DNA of 64,000 bases from a virus (Duplodnaviria; Caudoviricetes). Numbering within the stretch: position 1 is the stretch's first letter; the number at the start of each line of letters is the position of its first letter. The stretch is from the IMG/VR virus record IMGVR_UViG_3300042481_000164, positions 56,767-120,766 of that record; one strand, 5' to 3'. Of this stretch, positions 54,712 through 64,000 are shown one piece after another. The notes beneath the pieces are model-generated. The model saw only the letters and a program-made list of their open reading frames with translations, searched no databases and was not told the DNA's origin. The translations under genes and the position numbers were made by a program.

Positions 54712-55107
54712 ATGAAAAAAGCAATTACTAAAAAAGCAATGCCTAAAGCTCAATTAGGTAAAATTGTAAAAGCTATAGATAAAGCTGCTGATATGTTTAA
54801 AGCGGTTGATAAAGTAAGTGATGCAAAAAAAGTTGGTAAAATTAGGCAAATTGGTATATCTAAACCTGGTGTACCAGGTTTATCACCAAGTCAAAAAAAA
54901 GCACTTACTGAAGGTAAAGATATTCATAGAGGTTCTGGTAGGTTAGGAAATGCAACTGTTGATGAAATGCGAGCTAAGAAAGATTTAACAAAAGCAATTC
55001 AACAAAGAACTAATCCTAAAAAATTAACTAAGAAGGAGCAATATCTAAAAGATGTTGAAGACTTATATAGAAAAAAAGGTGGTGCAATTAAAACTAAAAA
55101 GAAATAG
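54712..55107 (+). CDS. Lys-rich protein
   Basis: ORF track; PKAQLG and KKGG motifs. Confidence 0.6.
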   Translation: MKKAITKKAMPKAQLGKIVKAIDKAADMFKAVDKVSDAKKVGKIRQIGISKPGVPGLSPSQKKALTEGKDIHRGSGRLGNATVDEMRAKKDLTKAIQQRTNPKKLTKKEQYLKDVEDLYRKKGGAIKTKKK

Positions 55108-55109
55108 TT

Positions 55110-55505
55110 ATGGCAAAGTGTATGCAATGTGGTGGAGCTAAGAAAATGCAAAAAGGTGGTTCTACAATGAAAACAACTGTAGGATCTGCTACACCAAAAG
55201 GACAGATATATGGTATTCCTCAAACAGGACCAACAGGACCTAACAAACAAGGAATTGACACAATGAAGAAAGGTGGTTCTAAACTAACTGCTGTTAAACA
55301 TTCTTGCCCTCCAGGTACAGTTAGATCTGCTACAGGTGGATGTGTATCTGAAAGACCAAGCTTTAAAAAAGGTGGTTCTGCATTTGGTATGCTATCTGTT
55401 AAAGCTGGTGTAGATAAAAATCCTAAAGCTACTGCAGCAGATAGAATTGCTGGTGCAAAAATGAGCAAGAAAAAAATGGGTGGTGCTACTAAGAAGAAGT
55501 GCTAG
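55110..55505 (+). CDS. Lys/Gly-rich protein with repeated xxKGG motifs
   Basis: MQKGG, MKKGG, FKKGG, KKMGG. Confidence 0.65.
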   Translation: MAKCMQCGGAKKMQKGGSTMKTTVGSATPKGQIYGIPQTGPTGPNKQGIDTMKKGGSKLTAVKHSCPPGTVRSATGGCVSERPSFKKGGSAFGMLSVKAGVDKNPKATAADRIAGAKMSKKKMGGATKKKC

Positions 55506-55507
55506 TA

Positions 55508-55654
55508 ATGGCTGAGAAGAAAGATAAGAATTGGATACAAAAAGCAGTTAACCCTAAGCATAAGGGTTACTGCACTCCAATGTCTAAACCTACTTGTACA
55601 CCAAAAAGAAAAGCTTTGGCAAAGACATTTAAAGCAATGGCTAAAAAGAAATAA
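55508..55654 (+). CDS. small basic protein (48 aa)
   Basis: Hand translation MAEKKDKNWIQKAVNPKHKGYCTP...LAKTFKAMAKKK. Confidence 0.6.
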   Translation: MAEKKDKNWIQKAVNPKHKGYCTPMSKPTCTPKRKALAKTFKAMAKKK

Positions 55655-55656
55655 TT

Positions 55657-55998
55657 ATGGCAAAGAAAAAAGAACTTCCAAAAGCTATGATGGGTAAAGT
55701 TATTAAACCTGTTGTAAGAGCAATGATTACTGGTGCTAAAGCTGCTAAAAAAGGTTATCAGGAAACTGCAGCTGCATCAAAAGTAGCTAAAGCTGAAAAA
55801 GCTGCTAAAGCTACTAAAAAAACTAAATCAAATTGGTTTGATTCAAATACAAACAAAAATACTACATCAAATAAACCTCAAGTAAAAGATACAACTGGTT
55901 TTCCATATGGTAAACTTGCTAAAGGTGTTGCTGTGGGTACTGCAATTATTGGTGCTACGGCATTAGCAAACAGAAAAAAAAGAACAGCCAAAGACTAA
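55657..55998 (+). CDS. Lys/Ala-rich protein with C-terminal hydrophobic helix
   Basis: LPKAMMG start; GVAVGTAIIGATALA. Confidence 0.6.
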   Translation: MAKKKELPKAMMGKVIKPVVRAMITGAKAAKKGYQETAAASKVAKAEKAAKATKKTKSNWFDSNTNKNTTSNKPQVKDTTGFPYGKLAKGVAVGTAIIGATALANRKKRTAKD

Positions 55999-56004
55999 TT
56001 AATT

Positions 56005-56703
56005 ATGTTAAACAGTACTATTGAAATAAAAGTAAAACAAAGGCTGAACAAGTTAGATAGCCAAGACTATGACAACATTCAATGTTGGCAAATAGTTGAG
56101 GCATTTAATAAAGCTCAAGTTGAATGGGTAAGAAGACAGCTTCATGGATTGAACCTTGTTAAAGAAGGTGATGAACAAACTAATAGAAGAAAGGATGACT
56201 TACAAGTTTTACTTACTACAGTTCAATTGACTCCTGCTAACAAACAAATTTTTTATTCTGCTGCACTACCTACTGATTATTTAGCATGGAAGCGTGTAGA
56301 TTTTACTGGAGAAAAAGGCTGTTGTGATAACCGGAGAATGATGATTTATCTTACAGAAGAATCAAATGTATCTGAACTCCTAAGAGATAAAGCAAAACAA
56401 CCAAGCTTTGAGTGGGGAGAAACATTTGCTACTCTAAGTAATAACAATGTTAATGTTTACACTAATGGTGATTTTACTATAGGAGCATTATCATTGATAT
56501 ATTATAGACAACCGAGAAGAGTAGAATTTTTAGACTGCTCAGATCCATATACAAATGCTATCACAGCTGTTGATGTAACATGTGAGTTTAAAGATGATAT
56601 CATTGAATTAATAATAGATGATGCTGTAGCAATTATTGCTGGAGATATTGAATCTACAAATCAATACAGTAGAGGTTCTCAGTCATCAGAAAAAAATAAC
56701 TAA
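56005..56703 (+). CDS. crAss-like ring/head-tail connector protein
   Basis: LNKLDS...FNKAQ...DDLQ.L...YYRQP...EL..D.AV pattern; synteny. Confidence 0.6.
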   Translation: MLNSTIEIKVKQRLNKLDSQDYDNIQCWQIVEAFNKAQVEWVRRQLHGLNLVKEGDEQTNRRKDDLQVLLTTVQLTPANKQIFYSAALPTDYLAWKRVDFTGEKGCCDNRRMMIYLTEESNVSELLRDKAKQPSFEWGETFATLSNNNVNVYTNGDFTIGALSLIYYRQPRRVEFLDCSDPYTNAITAVDVTCEFKDDIIELIIDDAVAIIAGDIESTNQYSRGSQSSEKNN

Positions 56704-56705
56704 CC

Positions 56706-57158
56706 ATGCAAAGAATGTTAAAAAGACCAGAAGCTACAAAAGGAAGTAGCAATTATGCTACAGCTCCTGCTAATGGTAATGTAGAATCACTTACTGCAGC
56801 TTGTGTAAGTGAATTAATGAATGCTGCAACTAGTTTCCATAAGTTACATTTGAAAGTAACTGGTACTGGATCCTATGCTGCACACAAAGCTCTTAATGAT
56901 TTGTATGATGCATTACCTGGACATGCTGATGATTTAGCAGAAGGATTCCAAGGTGCTAGTGAAAAACTATTAGCCTATGCTGAAGCTGCTCCTAGAAAGC
57001 TAGATACTGTTGCTGATGGTATTGATTATTTAAAAGATATGTGTGATATGGTATGTAAGTTGCAAGACAAAATGCCTTACTCAGAAATAGTAAATGATCT
57101 TGATACAATCAAGTCTACAATGAATTCTGCAAAATATAAATTACTTTTCTTAAAATAA
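56706..57158 (+). CDS. Dps/ferritin-like protein
   Basis: H.LH..V.G..SYAAHKAL..LY.......D.LAE..QG...KYKL.FL. Confidence 0.75.
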   Translation: MQRMLKRPEATKGSSNYATAPANGNVESLTAACVSELMNAATSFHKLHLKVTGTGSYAAHKALNDLYDALPGHADDLAEGFQGASEKLLAYAEAAPRKLDTVADGIDYLKDMCDMVCKLQDKMPYSEIVNDLDTIKSTMNSAKYKLLFLK

Positions 57159-57224
57159 TTTTGAATTTAAAAAATCTTTCACTATATTATATAGTATTTA
57201 TTTATTAACTAAAACAAAACAAAA

Positions 57225-58808
57225 ATGAGTTATTTTAATCATGCGTTTCAAAAATCCTTTGTAGGTGTGAATGCTGCAAACCCTGGTTCGCAAGGGTACA
57301 CACAATTAAATCAAGGTGTGTTAGGTACAACAGGAAACATTTTAGCTGCTGGTCAGTATGCTTTTGTTAATCCTAAAGATTGGAAAGTTCAACCAACTAC
57401 ATTTGCTCCTGGTTCTACAGGATGTTGTCCATTAATTTTGGCTTCAGGATCATTATTTGAAAAAGATAAAATTGGTCCTTTCCATGGTGGTTATTTAGAG
57501 TCTAACAAGTCTAAAGAAATTAATCCTAAGTATGTAAGCAAATTTTATTTTGCTCCAGCTTGTCCAGCTTCTCAAAATGTTATCCATGTTGGATTTACTC
57601 CATATACTGATGATCAAGTTTTAACATTGACTATTAGTAATACTGGTGCAAATATTGTTGATGGTGTATATAATAACGTTTCTTTTACAGGTGGTTCAGG
57701 TTCTGGATTTATTGCTAAAGTAACTGTTGTTGGTAATATTGCAACAGTAGTAGAAATTGTTAATGGTGGTACAGGATATGTTTCTGGTGATACTTTAACA
57801 TCTGTTGTTGGTGAATTACTTGACAATGGTTCTGGTATTACTCAAGTTCAGTTATCTGTTAGTACAGTAGGAGCTAATGCATCTTGTAAAAAAGATTTCT
57901 TATGTGGTGAAACTTATAACTTACGTTTGGATGTTAAAGGTTCTCCTGCATTAAGATTCTTAAATCACAATGCTTACTTGACATTAACTGCTTACACAGG
58001 ATGTTGTCCAGCAGGAACTATTGTTCCAACTGCTGTAGATGGTACTTTAGTATATATTGAGTGGGCTAAACAAATTGTTGATTCTCCATTGATTTCTCCA
58101 TTTATTTACCCAGTAGTTTCTGATGAGAATAACCAATTATGGTACAAACCAGGAACTGATACATCTGTATTAACTCCTCCAACTGGTTATACAATCGGTG
58201 GTACTTGGGATAAATATGTTTCTCCAGGACATACAGTGGGTGCATTTGCAGGTATCACATTATTTGGTGCTTATGTAGATACTAAATTTGGTGATTGTAC
58301 TTTCCAAGTTTCTGACTTCTATGAAAAAGAGCCAGTAAGATTATATGCATCTGAAGTTGATTTAAATGGTGATCCATGTGCATTCAACGGATTGTGTGTA
58401 GTTACTGAGTGTCAAGGAAGACAAGCAAATGGTTTAGGTGAAACAGTTCTTAGAGATGTAATTCTTTCAGAAAGATACAGACAAAATTTCTTCCATTCTG
58501 ATTTCCGTATCCGTGAGATTACTCAAGGAAACCAAATGTTGAATGTTATTGATAGATCTGCATCTTACAATAGATTCTATATCCAACATCATGTTCCACG
58601 TTTCAATAATGCATCTAGTACTTTTGATAATGATCAATACTTATTAGAAATTATTGTTGCTAGTACTGTTACTCCTGCTGCAGGTCAAGGTCAATTATTG
58701 ACTAACTTTGTAACTAGCTGGTTAAATGCATGTGGTAATAACTGTGGTGGTTTAGAAGAGTTTGACTGTGGTACTAACTGTATACCAGTTATACAAATTC
58801 CATCTTAA
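57225..58808 (+). CDS. abundant virion protein (auxiliary capsid-like) with inserted beta domain
   Basis: Own late motif and terminator; GETYNLRLDVKG..A pattern; optimised codons. Confidence 0.6.
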   Translation: MSYFNHAFQKSFVGVNAANPGSQGYTQLNQGVLGTTGNILAAGQYAFVNPKDWKVQPTTFAPGSTGCCPLILASGSLFEKDKIGPFHGGYLESNKSKEINPKYVSKFYFAPACPASQNVIHVGFTPYTDDQVLTLTISNTGANIVDGVYNNVSFTGGSGSGFIAKVTVVGNIATVVEIVNGGTGYVSGDTLTSVVGELLDNGSGITQVQLSVSTVGANASCKKDFLCGETYNLRLDVKGSPALRFLNHNAYLTLTAYTGCCPAGTIVPTAVDGTLVYIEWAKQIVDSPLISPFIYPVVSDENNQLWYKPGTDTSVLTPPTGYTIGGTWDKYVSPGHTVGAFAGITLFGAYVDTKFGDCTFQVSDFYEKEPVRLYASEVDLNGDPCAFNGLCVVTECQGRQANGLGETVLRDVILSERYRQNFFHSDFRIREITQGNQMLNVIDRSASYNRFYIQHHVPRFNNASSTFDNDQYLLEIIVASTVTPAAGQGQLLTNFVTSWLNACGNNCGGLEEFDCGTNCIPVIQIPS

Positions 58809-58832
58809 TTTTATAGTAAAATTAATAACTTT

Positions 58833-58871
58833 AAAGGAGAGTGAGAGTTTCAAACTCTTCTCTCCTTTTTT
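58833..58871 (+). terminator. intrinsic terminator
   Basis: AAAGGAGAG...CTCTCCTTT plus T run. Confidence 0.7.
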
Positions 58872-58884
58872 ATTTTTATAACAT

Positions 58885-59454
58885 ATGGCAAATCATGTAT
58901 TAAGTTTAGAAGTTCCAACTGTTATGAATACTTGTGTGATGAAAATCTTTGATACAAGTGTATATCAAACAAGTAATCCAAGTATTCCAATACTATGTCC
59001 TAAATTGCAAATTGCGGCACCAGGATTTGCTCATGCAGTAGAAATTGATTCTACAAAAACACAAGACTTTGTAGAACTAGGTCATACAAATATTACAGGT
59101 TGTGATTTAGGTTTACAAAAAGAAAATTGTGGAACAAAATATTATGATATACCAGATGGTGTATATAATATTACTTATAGTGTTTCACCTAATGATCAAG
59201 TATTTGTACAGTACAATCATTTAAGAATTTCAAAAGCATTAAACAAATATGAAAAAATTCTATGTGGTATAGAACTTGCTGCTTGTGATCCTCCTGCTAA
59301 GATTAAAGAAAAGTTAGAAAGACTTAGATTAATTAAAATGTATCTTGAAGCTGCAAAGTCTAAAGTAGAATTTTGTCATGAATCTCAAAAAGGTATGACA
59401 TTATATAACTATGCTTTAAAACTTTTGAATAAATTTGAATGTAAAAATTGTTAA
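58885..59454 (+). CDS. putative virion protein
   Basis: D.SVY...IPDGVY.ITYSV.P pattern. Confidence 0.6.
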   Translation: MANHVLSLEVPTVMNTCVMKIFDTSVYQTSNPSIPILCPKLQIAAPGFAHAVEIDSTKTQDFVELGHTNITGCDLGLQKENCGTKYYDIPDGVYNITYSVSPNDQVFVQYNHLRISKALNKYEKILCGIELAACDPPAKIKEKLERLRLIKMYLEAAKSKVEFCHESQKGMTLYNYALKLLNKFECKNC

Positions 59455-59476
59455 CCTAATTTAAAAACTAACTATT

Positions 59477-59707
59477 ATGACATGTTCAAATTGTAATGCA
59501 AGATTATCTTGCGGATGCCAAAGAAAAACTGCTAGAGATGGTAAAGCTTGTTGTTCAAGCTGTATTGCATTTTATGAAAAAGGTTTAGCTTCTAAACCTG
59601 CAACAACTACAACTACAAATATAACTGTTACATCAGGTGCACCAACTTTAACTGTACAAAAAAATGTATGGGGTGCAAACAGATATGTGAACACAATTAA
59701 AAAATAA
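59477..59707 (+). CDS. small Cys-rich protein
   Basis: CSNC...CGCQ...CCSSC. Confidence 0.6.
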   Translation: MTCSNCNARLSCGCQRKTARDGKACCSSCIAFYEKGLASKPATTTTTNITVTSGAPTLTVQKNVWGANRYVNTIKK

Positions 59708-59712
59708 AACTC

Positions 59713-61302
59713 ATGGTAGCAAAACCTAAATGTTACATATTATATCCGGTAAGAGATAATGATGCTCAATTACAAGAACTTTTATATTGGAGTACATTTG
59801 ATACTGTTGATACTAATAAATTTTACAATATAGATGTTATAGTAAATGGTACATTTGGTTCAGGTACTTATTATGTAGTATTGAATCCTGATCCTACTAC
59901 TTGTCCAGATCCAATAGATGAAGGAACTATTATTGGAGAACCAACAGCAGTTACATCATATTGTTATTATGTGACATCAGGGGCTATCACTTATGTTGAT
60001 ACAAATGATGAATTAGTTTCAGCAGCAGGTCCAGCAAATATTTGTACTAAGATTATACCACAAGTTTCTACAAGTGGTGGTACAACACCAGCTATAGTTT
60101 TTAATGGAGAATGTATTGAAGGACAACCTTGTATTAGTCAACCAAGTTGTTATTTATTAACAAGTTGTACTGATCCATTAAATGTTATTCAGTCTAAGTC
60201 TTCTGCATTAGAAACATTATGGGCTCAAAATAAAATTGTAAGTCTTGTTGGTCAAGAAGGTTGTTGGTCTATAGATAAAGCTGAATCAATAGAAGATTGT
60301 GATTGTGCTATTTCTGTTATTGTAGATAAGACATATAATGAGTGTATTGATTGTGTTCCTGTAATTGCTTATAGAGCTACTAACTGTGAGACAGGTGACG
60401 TAAAATTTTCTGAGCAAGACTTATCCCAGTATGTTGGAAAAACAATTACAGATTCAGAATGTGGCGGATGTTGGAGTATTGAACAAATAAACATCAAACC
60501 TCCTACATCAGAAACTATAAATGTTGTAGATACTTTTAGTACTTGTGAGATATGTTTAAGAGATTATTGGATTCTTACAGACTGTGAAGGTTCTGTTGCT
60601 CCAATCATCACATATACTAACATGACAGACTATGTTGGTAAAATAATCAATCTTGTAAATAATTCAGTATGTTGGCAAGTTGAACCACATCAATTAATTA
60701 CAGGACAAGAAAGTGTAGAAGTTAAAATAAATGCTGAATTTGAAACATGCATTGCTTGTAAACCAAAAGCAGAAGTTCAATGTATTAGAGTAACAAATGA
60801 TTCTGAAGTAGCAAAAACATACCAGTATTATATTTATGATAATACAGGAGAAATTATTGAACCTGAGTTTACACTTGAACCAAATGAAACAAGTGATAAA
60901 TTTTGTAGTGCAGGATGGGTTAGTCCAATTAATCCTGCAACAGATATTGTTATACAATACGGACCATGTATTAACATTTATGAACAACCTGTTAGTTCTG
61001 GCCCAACTTTGTTTAATGATAATCCTTGGGTTTGTCCAGTACAAAGAATAGGTAGATTAGTAGAACCAGGTTATACTGTTCCTGCATGTACTCCAGATAA
61101 ATATGAATCTATTTCTTGTAAGGCTGCTGAAATATTATACCATAGAGTTCTTAGTGAAAGATATGGTATTTCTAATTGCTGTCCGGAAGAAGATGAGATA
61201 TATTTAATAAGAAAAGAGCTAATTGATTTAGCAGCATTAAGAGATAAGTCTATTGAATGTACTATTTCAACTGACTGTTGTAGTAACCCATATTGTAATT
61301 AA
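59713..61302 (+). CDS. Cys-rich repeat virion protein
   Basis: Repeated Y.LT.C...L..YVGK.I....CW.I......C..C units. Confidence 0.65.
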   Translation: MVAKPKCYILYPVRDNDAQLQELLYWSTFDTVDTNKFYNIDVIVNGTFGSGTYYVVLNPDPTTCPDPIDEGTIIGEPTAVTSYCYYVTSGAITYVDTNDELVSAAGPANICTKIIPQVSTSGGTTPAIVFNGECIEGQPCISQPSCYLLTSCTDPLNVIQSKSSALETLWAQNKIVSLVGQEGCWSIDKAESIEDCDCAISVIVDKTYNECIDCVPVIAYRATNCETGDVKFSEQDLSQYVGKTITDSECGGCWSIEQINIKPPTSETINVVDTFSTCEICLRDYWILTDCEGSVAPIITYTNMTDYVGKIINLVNNSVCWQVEPHQLITGQESVEVKINAEFETCIACKPKAEVQCIRVTNDSEVAKTYQYYIYDNTGEIIEPEFTLEPNETSDKFCSAGWVSPINPATDIVIQYGPCINIYEQPVSSGPTLFNDNPWVCPVQRIGRLVEPGYTVPACTPDKYESISCKAAEILYHRVLSERYGISNCCPEEDEIYLIRKELIDLAALRDKSIECTISTDCCSNPYCN

Positions 61303-61340
61303 CAATATTATTTTGTATATTATATTAACCAGTATTAATT

Positions 61341-63203
61341 ATGAAACCATTAAATTTAGATAATTCTCCATGTTCTCCAGTATCAAGTAACTGTGTTATC
61401 TGGCAAGGACCAAACATAGATTGTATTGATTTATGTACAGGAGATAGTATATCCACAGTAGTGTATAAGTTAGCTACTGAATTATGTACAATAATGAATC
61501 AGTTAGATCTAAGCAATTTAGATCTTACATGTTTAAAGGTTGGAACTAATCCTCCAGATACATTTAGTGAATTAATACAGTTATTAATTAACAAGATATG
61601 TAATGCTGGAACTGGTTCAACTGGACCTGCAGCAATAACTGACCCGTGTCCTACTAACTGTATTGTTCCTATAGCAGATTGTTTTAAATCAGGAACACAA
61701 ACTACAATGCTATTGTTGGACTATGTTCAGATGATTGGGGAGAAGGTTTGTAGTTTAGTTGATCAGATTGATACTATAAACAACAACATTACTAATATAG
61801 ATAAGAGAGTAACTATATTAGAAAATAAACCAGATCCAGAACCATATGTATTACCATCTATTTTAGTAGATTGTACATTAGATGATGCTAATGTTATAGC
61901 AAGTAATTCATACAAGTTAGATGTTGTACTTCAAGCTTTAGTAAATGATGATAATCATGGTTACTGTGCATTGTTGTCTTCTTTAGGGCAACCAGGTAAT
62001 GTTACTTCAGCATATCAATTTCAAAGCACAACTGTTGGTAATTATATTGGTACTACAGGAGCTTCACCATCACTTGCAAATTGTGGTACTCCATTACAAA
62101 CAGAATATACTTCTTGGACGGCAACCCCTTTAAATTTAAGTGATAGTTTTAAAAACTTATGGATTGCAGTTTCTGATATTAGAAGAGCTCATAAGACATA
62201 CGAAGTTGTTGCAGGTAATACAAGTGTAAATGTTGCAACAGCTACTACTGCTACAGCATGTGGTAATAAAGATACTGTAACTGTATCTGCTAATTTACCT
62301 ATTGTAGCTGCTGGAGATAATATCACAGTAACTCCAACTACGGTTTCCAATGTTACAACTTATACTGTTGCTGGAAAAGAAACAATTGTAGCAGCAGGTG
62401 ATAATGTTACTGTTACATCTGCAGCAGGACCTGGTGCAGGTGATACAACATATACTGTAAATGCAAAAGAAGCTATTGTAAATGCTTCATCAACAGAATT
62501 TAATACTACCATAGTAACACCTACTGCAGGTCCAGGGGCAGGTGATATAACATACTCAGTATATAATAGATATGGTCTTGATATGTTTGCATGTCAATGG
62601 AGAATTAGTTCTGATTTTGGTGGTAGTTGGATGACATTGCCTTCTCAATTAGCATCTGCAGGTACTTATTTTAGTTTTCCAGCATCTAATGTTACAGTGA
62701 TCAAACCTAACAGTATTACAACAACAAGTGCTGTTGATGGTAAAACTTATAGTATAAATAAAACTGCTACTAACTGGTTTGTACCACAATCTCAATTTGA
62801 TACTTACGGTTGTACATTTGGTACTTTTAATGTTTTAACTGGATATTTTAAATTTAATACCCCTGGTACATATTTAGTTACAGCACATGCTCATTTAAGA
62901 GCTAGTAGTGATGGTGAAACAATTTGGACAAATAATCCTGGATCATTTGGTATTGGTTTATGTTCTAATGCTACAGACTTGTACATAGGACATACACATA
63001 CTGTTGTACCAGGTGTTACAAGACAAATTGACTTATCCTGTAGTAAATTAGTATTTGTAGGTACTAGTAATCCGGATATCTTTTTAAATACTTTGAATTA
63101 TTCTGATAGAGCTTATAATGGAAACGGTTATGCGGGTTCAGATAATATAGGATTTTCAATTGTTAGAATAAAAGATGGTTACAATTCAATAACTGGTATA
63201 TAA
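61341..63203 (+). CDS. Cys-rich fibre-like virion protein with C1q/BclA-like C-terminus
   Basis: SSNCVIWQGP.I.CI.LC.GD; coiled coil; IVAAGDN.TVT repeats; FN..TG.F....PG.Y.V. Confidence 0.6.
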   Translation: MKPLNLDNSPCSPVSSNCVIWQGPNIDCIDLCTGDSISTVVYKLATELCTIMNQLDLSNLDLTCLKVGTNPPDTFSELIQLLINKICNAGTGSTGPAAITDPCPTNCIVPIADCFKSGTQTTMLLLDYVQMIGEKVCSLVDQIDTINNNITNIDKRVTILENKPDPEPYVLPSILVDCTLDDANVIASNSYKLDVVLQALVNDDNHGYCALLSSLGQPGNVTSAYQFQSTTVGNYIGTTGASPSLANCGTPLQTEYTSWTATPLNLSDSFKNLWIAVSDIRRAHKTYEVVAGNTSVNVATATTATACGNKDTVTVSANLPIVAAGDNITVTPTTVSNVTTYTVAGKETIVAAGDNVTVTSAAGPGAGDTTYTVNAKEAIVNASSTEFNTTIVTPTAGPGAGDITYSVYNRYGLDMFACQWRISSDFGGSWMTLPSQLASAGTYFSFPASNVTVIKPNSITTTSAVDGKTYSINKTATNWFVPQSQFDTYGCTFGTFNVLTGYFKFNTPGTYLVTAHAHLRASSDGETIWTNNPGSFGIGLCSNATDLYIGHTHTVVPGVTRQIDLSCSKLVFVGTSNPDIFLNTLNYSDRAYNGNGYAGSDNIGFSIVRIKDGYNSITGI

Positions 63204-63211
63204 ATTACTGC

Positions 63212-63799
63212 TTGATGAAAAAAGATTGTAAAAATATTACACCAATTCCACCTACTCCTTGTGAGTATGGTGGAAACTGTCCGCCTGCGCCAGACTGTGA
63301 ACAGATATTTGATCTTGATTGTGTTAACTATACAGGAGATCCAATACTTTGTAATGGTCAGGTACTTGTGGAATCAGGAGAATCATTACCTACTGTGTTA
63401 ACAACACTTGTAGATAAGATTTGTAATAAAACTAATTGTGAGTTAGATGTACAGTTTATTTTTAATGCTGGAACATCAGAATTAACTTTTACAATTACAG
63501 GAGGTACACAATCTTATACAATTAAACCATCAATAGTTCAAGGACCTTTTACAGGTATTACACTTGAAAATTGTCAAACATATTCAGCGTATGGTCCTAA
63601 TAATTGTTACGTTCCTGTATACAATAGTGCTTTAGGTTTTACTCTTCCTATATCTTGTGTACCTAATAAATTTTATGTTGGTTATTCAAATAAATATGCT
63701 GGTACTGTAAGAATAGAATTAGTGGACCCGTTTGGTTGTAGTCATGATTTTTACTATACTGTGGTAATTGATGAAGCAGATTGTAATGGTCTACCATAA
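63212..63799 (+). CDS. Cys-rich virion protein
   Basis: DCV.YTG..I.C motif shared with neighbours. Confidence 0.6.
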   Translation: MMKKDCKNITPIPPTPCEYGGNCPPAPDCEQIFDLDCVNYTGDPILCNGQVLVESGESLPTVLTTLVDKICNKTNCELDVQFIFNAGTSELTFTITGGTQSYTIKPSIVQGPFTGITLENCQTYSAYGPNNCYVPVYNSALGFTLPISCVPNKFYVGYSNKYAGTVRIELVDPFGCSHDFYYTVVIDEADCNGLP

Positions 63800-63814
63800 T
63801 AATTAAATAAGAAA

Positions 63815-64000
63815 ATGGAAAGTAGTTGTAATAAGTGTAATAAATGTAGTGTGTGTAACTTTGAAAAGTGTAACTGTGAAACAGTTAGACCTTTTGATAC
63901 AACATGTCCTACACCTAATAAATGTAGTGATAAAGAAATGTTCAATGCTGATTGCTTTGAATATACTACAGCTGATATTAAGTGTGGTACCAAGAGTGTT
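63815..64000 (+). CDS. Cys-rich virion protein (partial)
   Basis: Hand translation MESSCNKCNKCSVCNFEKCNC...DCFEYT..DIKC, open to the window end. Confidence 0.55.
   Translation, partial: MESSCNKCNKCSVCNFEKCNCETVRPFDTTCPTPNKCSDKEMFNADCFEYTTADIKCGTKSV

Noticed and set aside
773-63993. Numerous short antisense or nested ORFs in the track (e.g. 2613, 15750, 31715, 36829, 45654, 60694)
   Set aside because: They are shadows of longer well-supported genes.
1-64000. Stop-codon reassignment as in some crAss-like phages
   Set aside because: Long core genes are intact in code 11, TAG and TGA terminate genes at tight junctions, and no suppressor tRNA was seen.

Overview
AT-rich segment of a lytic dsDNA phage genome with crAss-like (Crassvirales-type) gene order, read in the standard genetic code. 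The host is probably Bacteroidota (Flavobacteriia-like), judged from TAnnTTTG promoter elements and a Bacteroidota-type ClpS. The left arm (1-25.1 kb, minus strand) holds replication genes (MoxR AAA/vWA pair, primase, Sak4-like ATPase, DnaB helicase, UDG, SF2 helicase), a block of small mosaic genes at 9.8-15.5 kb, two dense non-coding structured-RNA blocks (16.0-16.6 and 22.8-23.2 kb) and an array of hairpin/promoter-like cassettes (24.0-25.1 kb). A G-tract island marks the strand switch at about 25.1 kb. The right arm (plus strand) holds a three-gene sugar-modification cluster, small accessory genes (GroES-like, possible Acb2/Tad1-like), fibre genes, a lysis module, terminase-portal-scaffold-major capsid, small Lys-rich proteins, a Dps/ferritin-like gene and Cys-rich virion genes. 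The best candidate for an undescribed system is the 16.0-16.6 kb array of abutting structured RNA modules. It contains two tRNA mimics with altered anticodon arms: one has no anticodon arm but carries alanine identity elements (G3-U70, A73), and the other has a 51-nt replacement of the anticodon loop. All product calls come from motif recognition by eye; no database searches were run.
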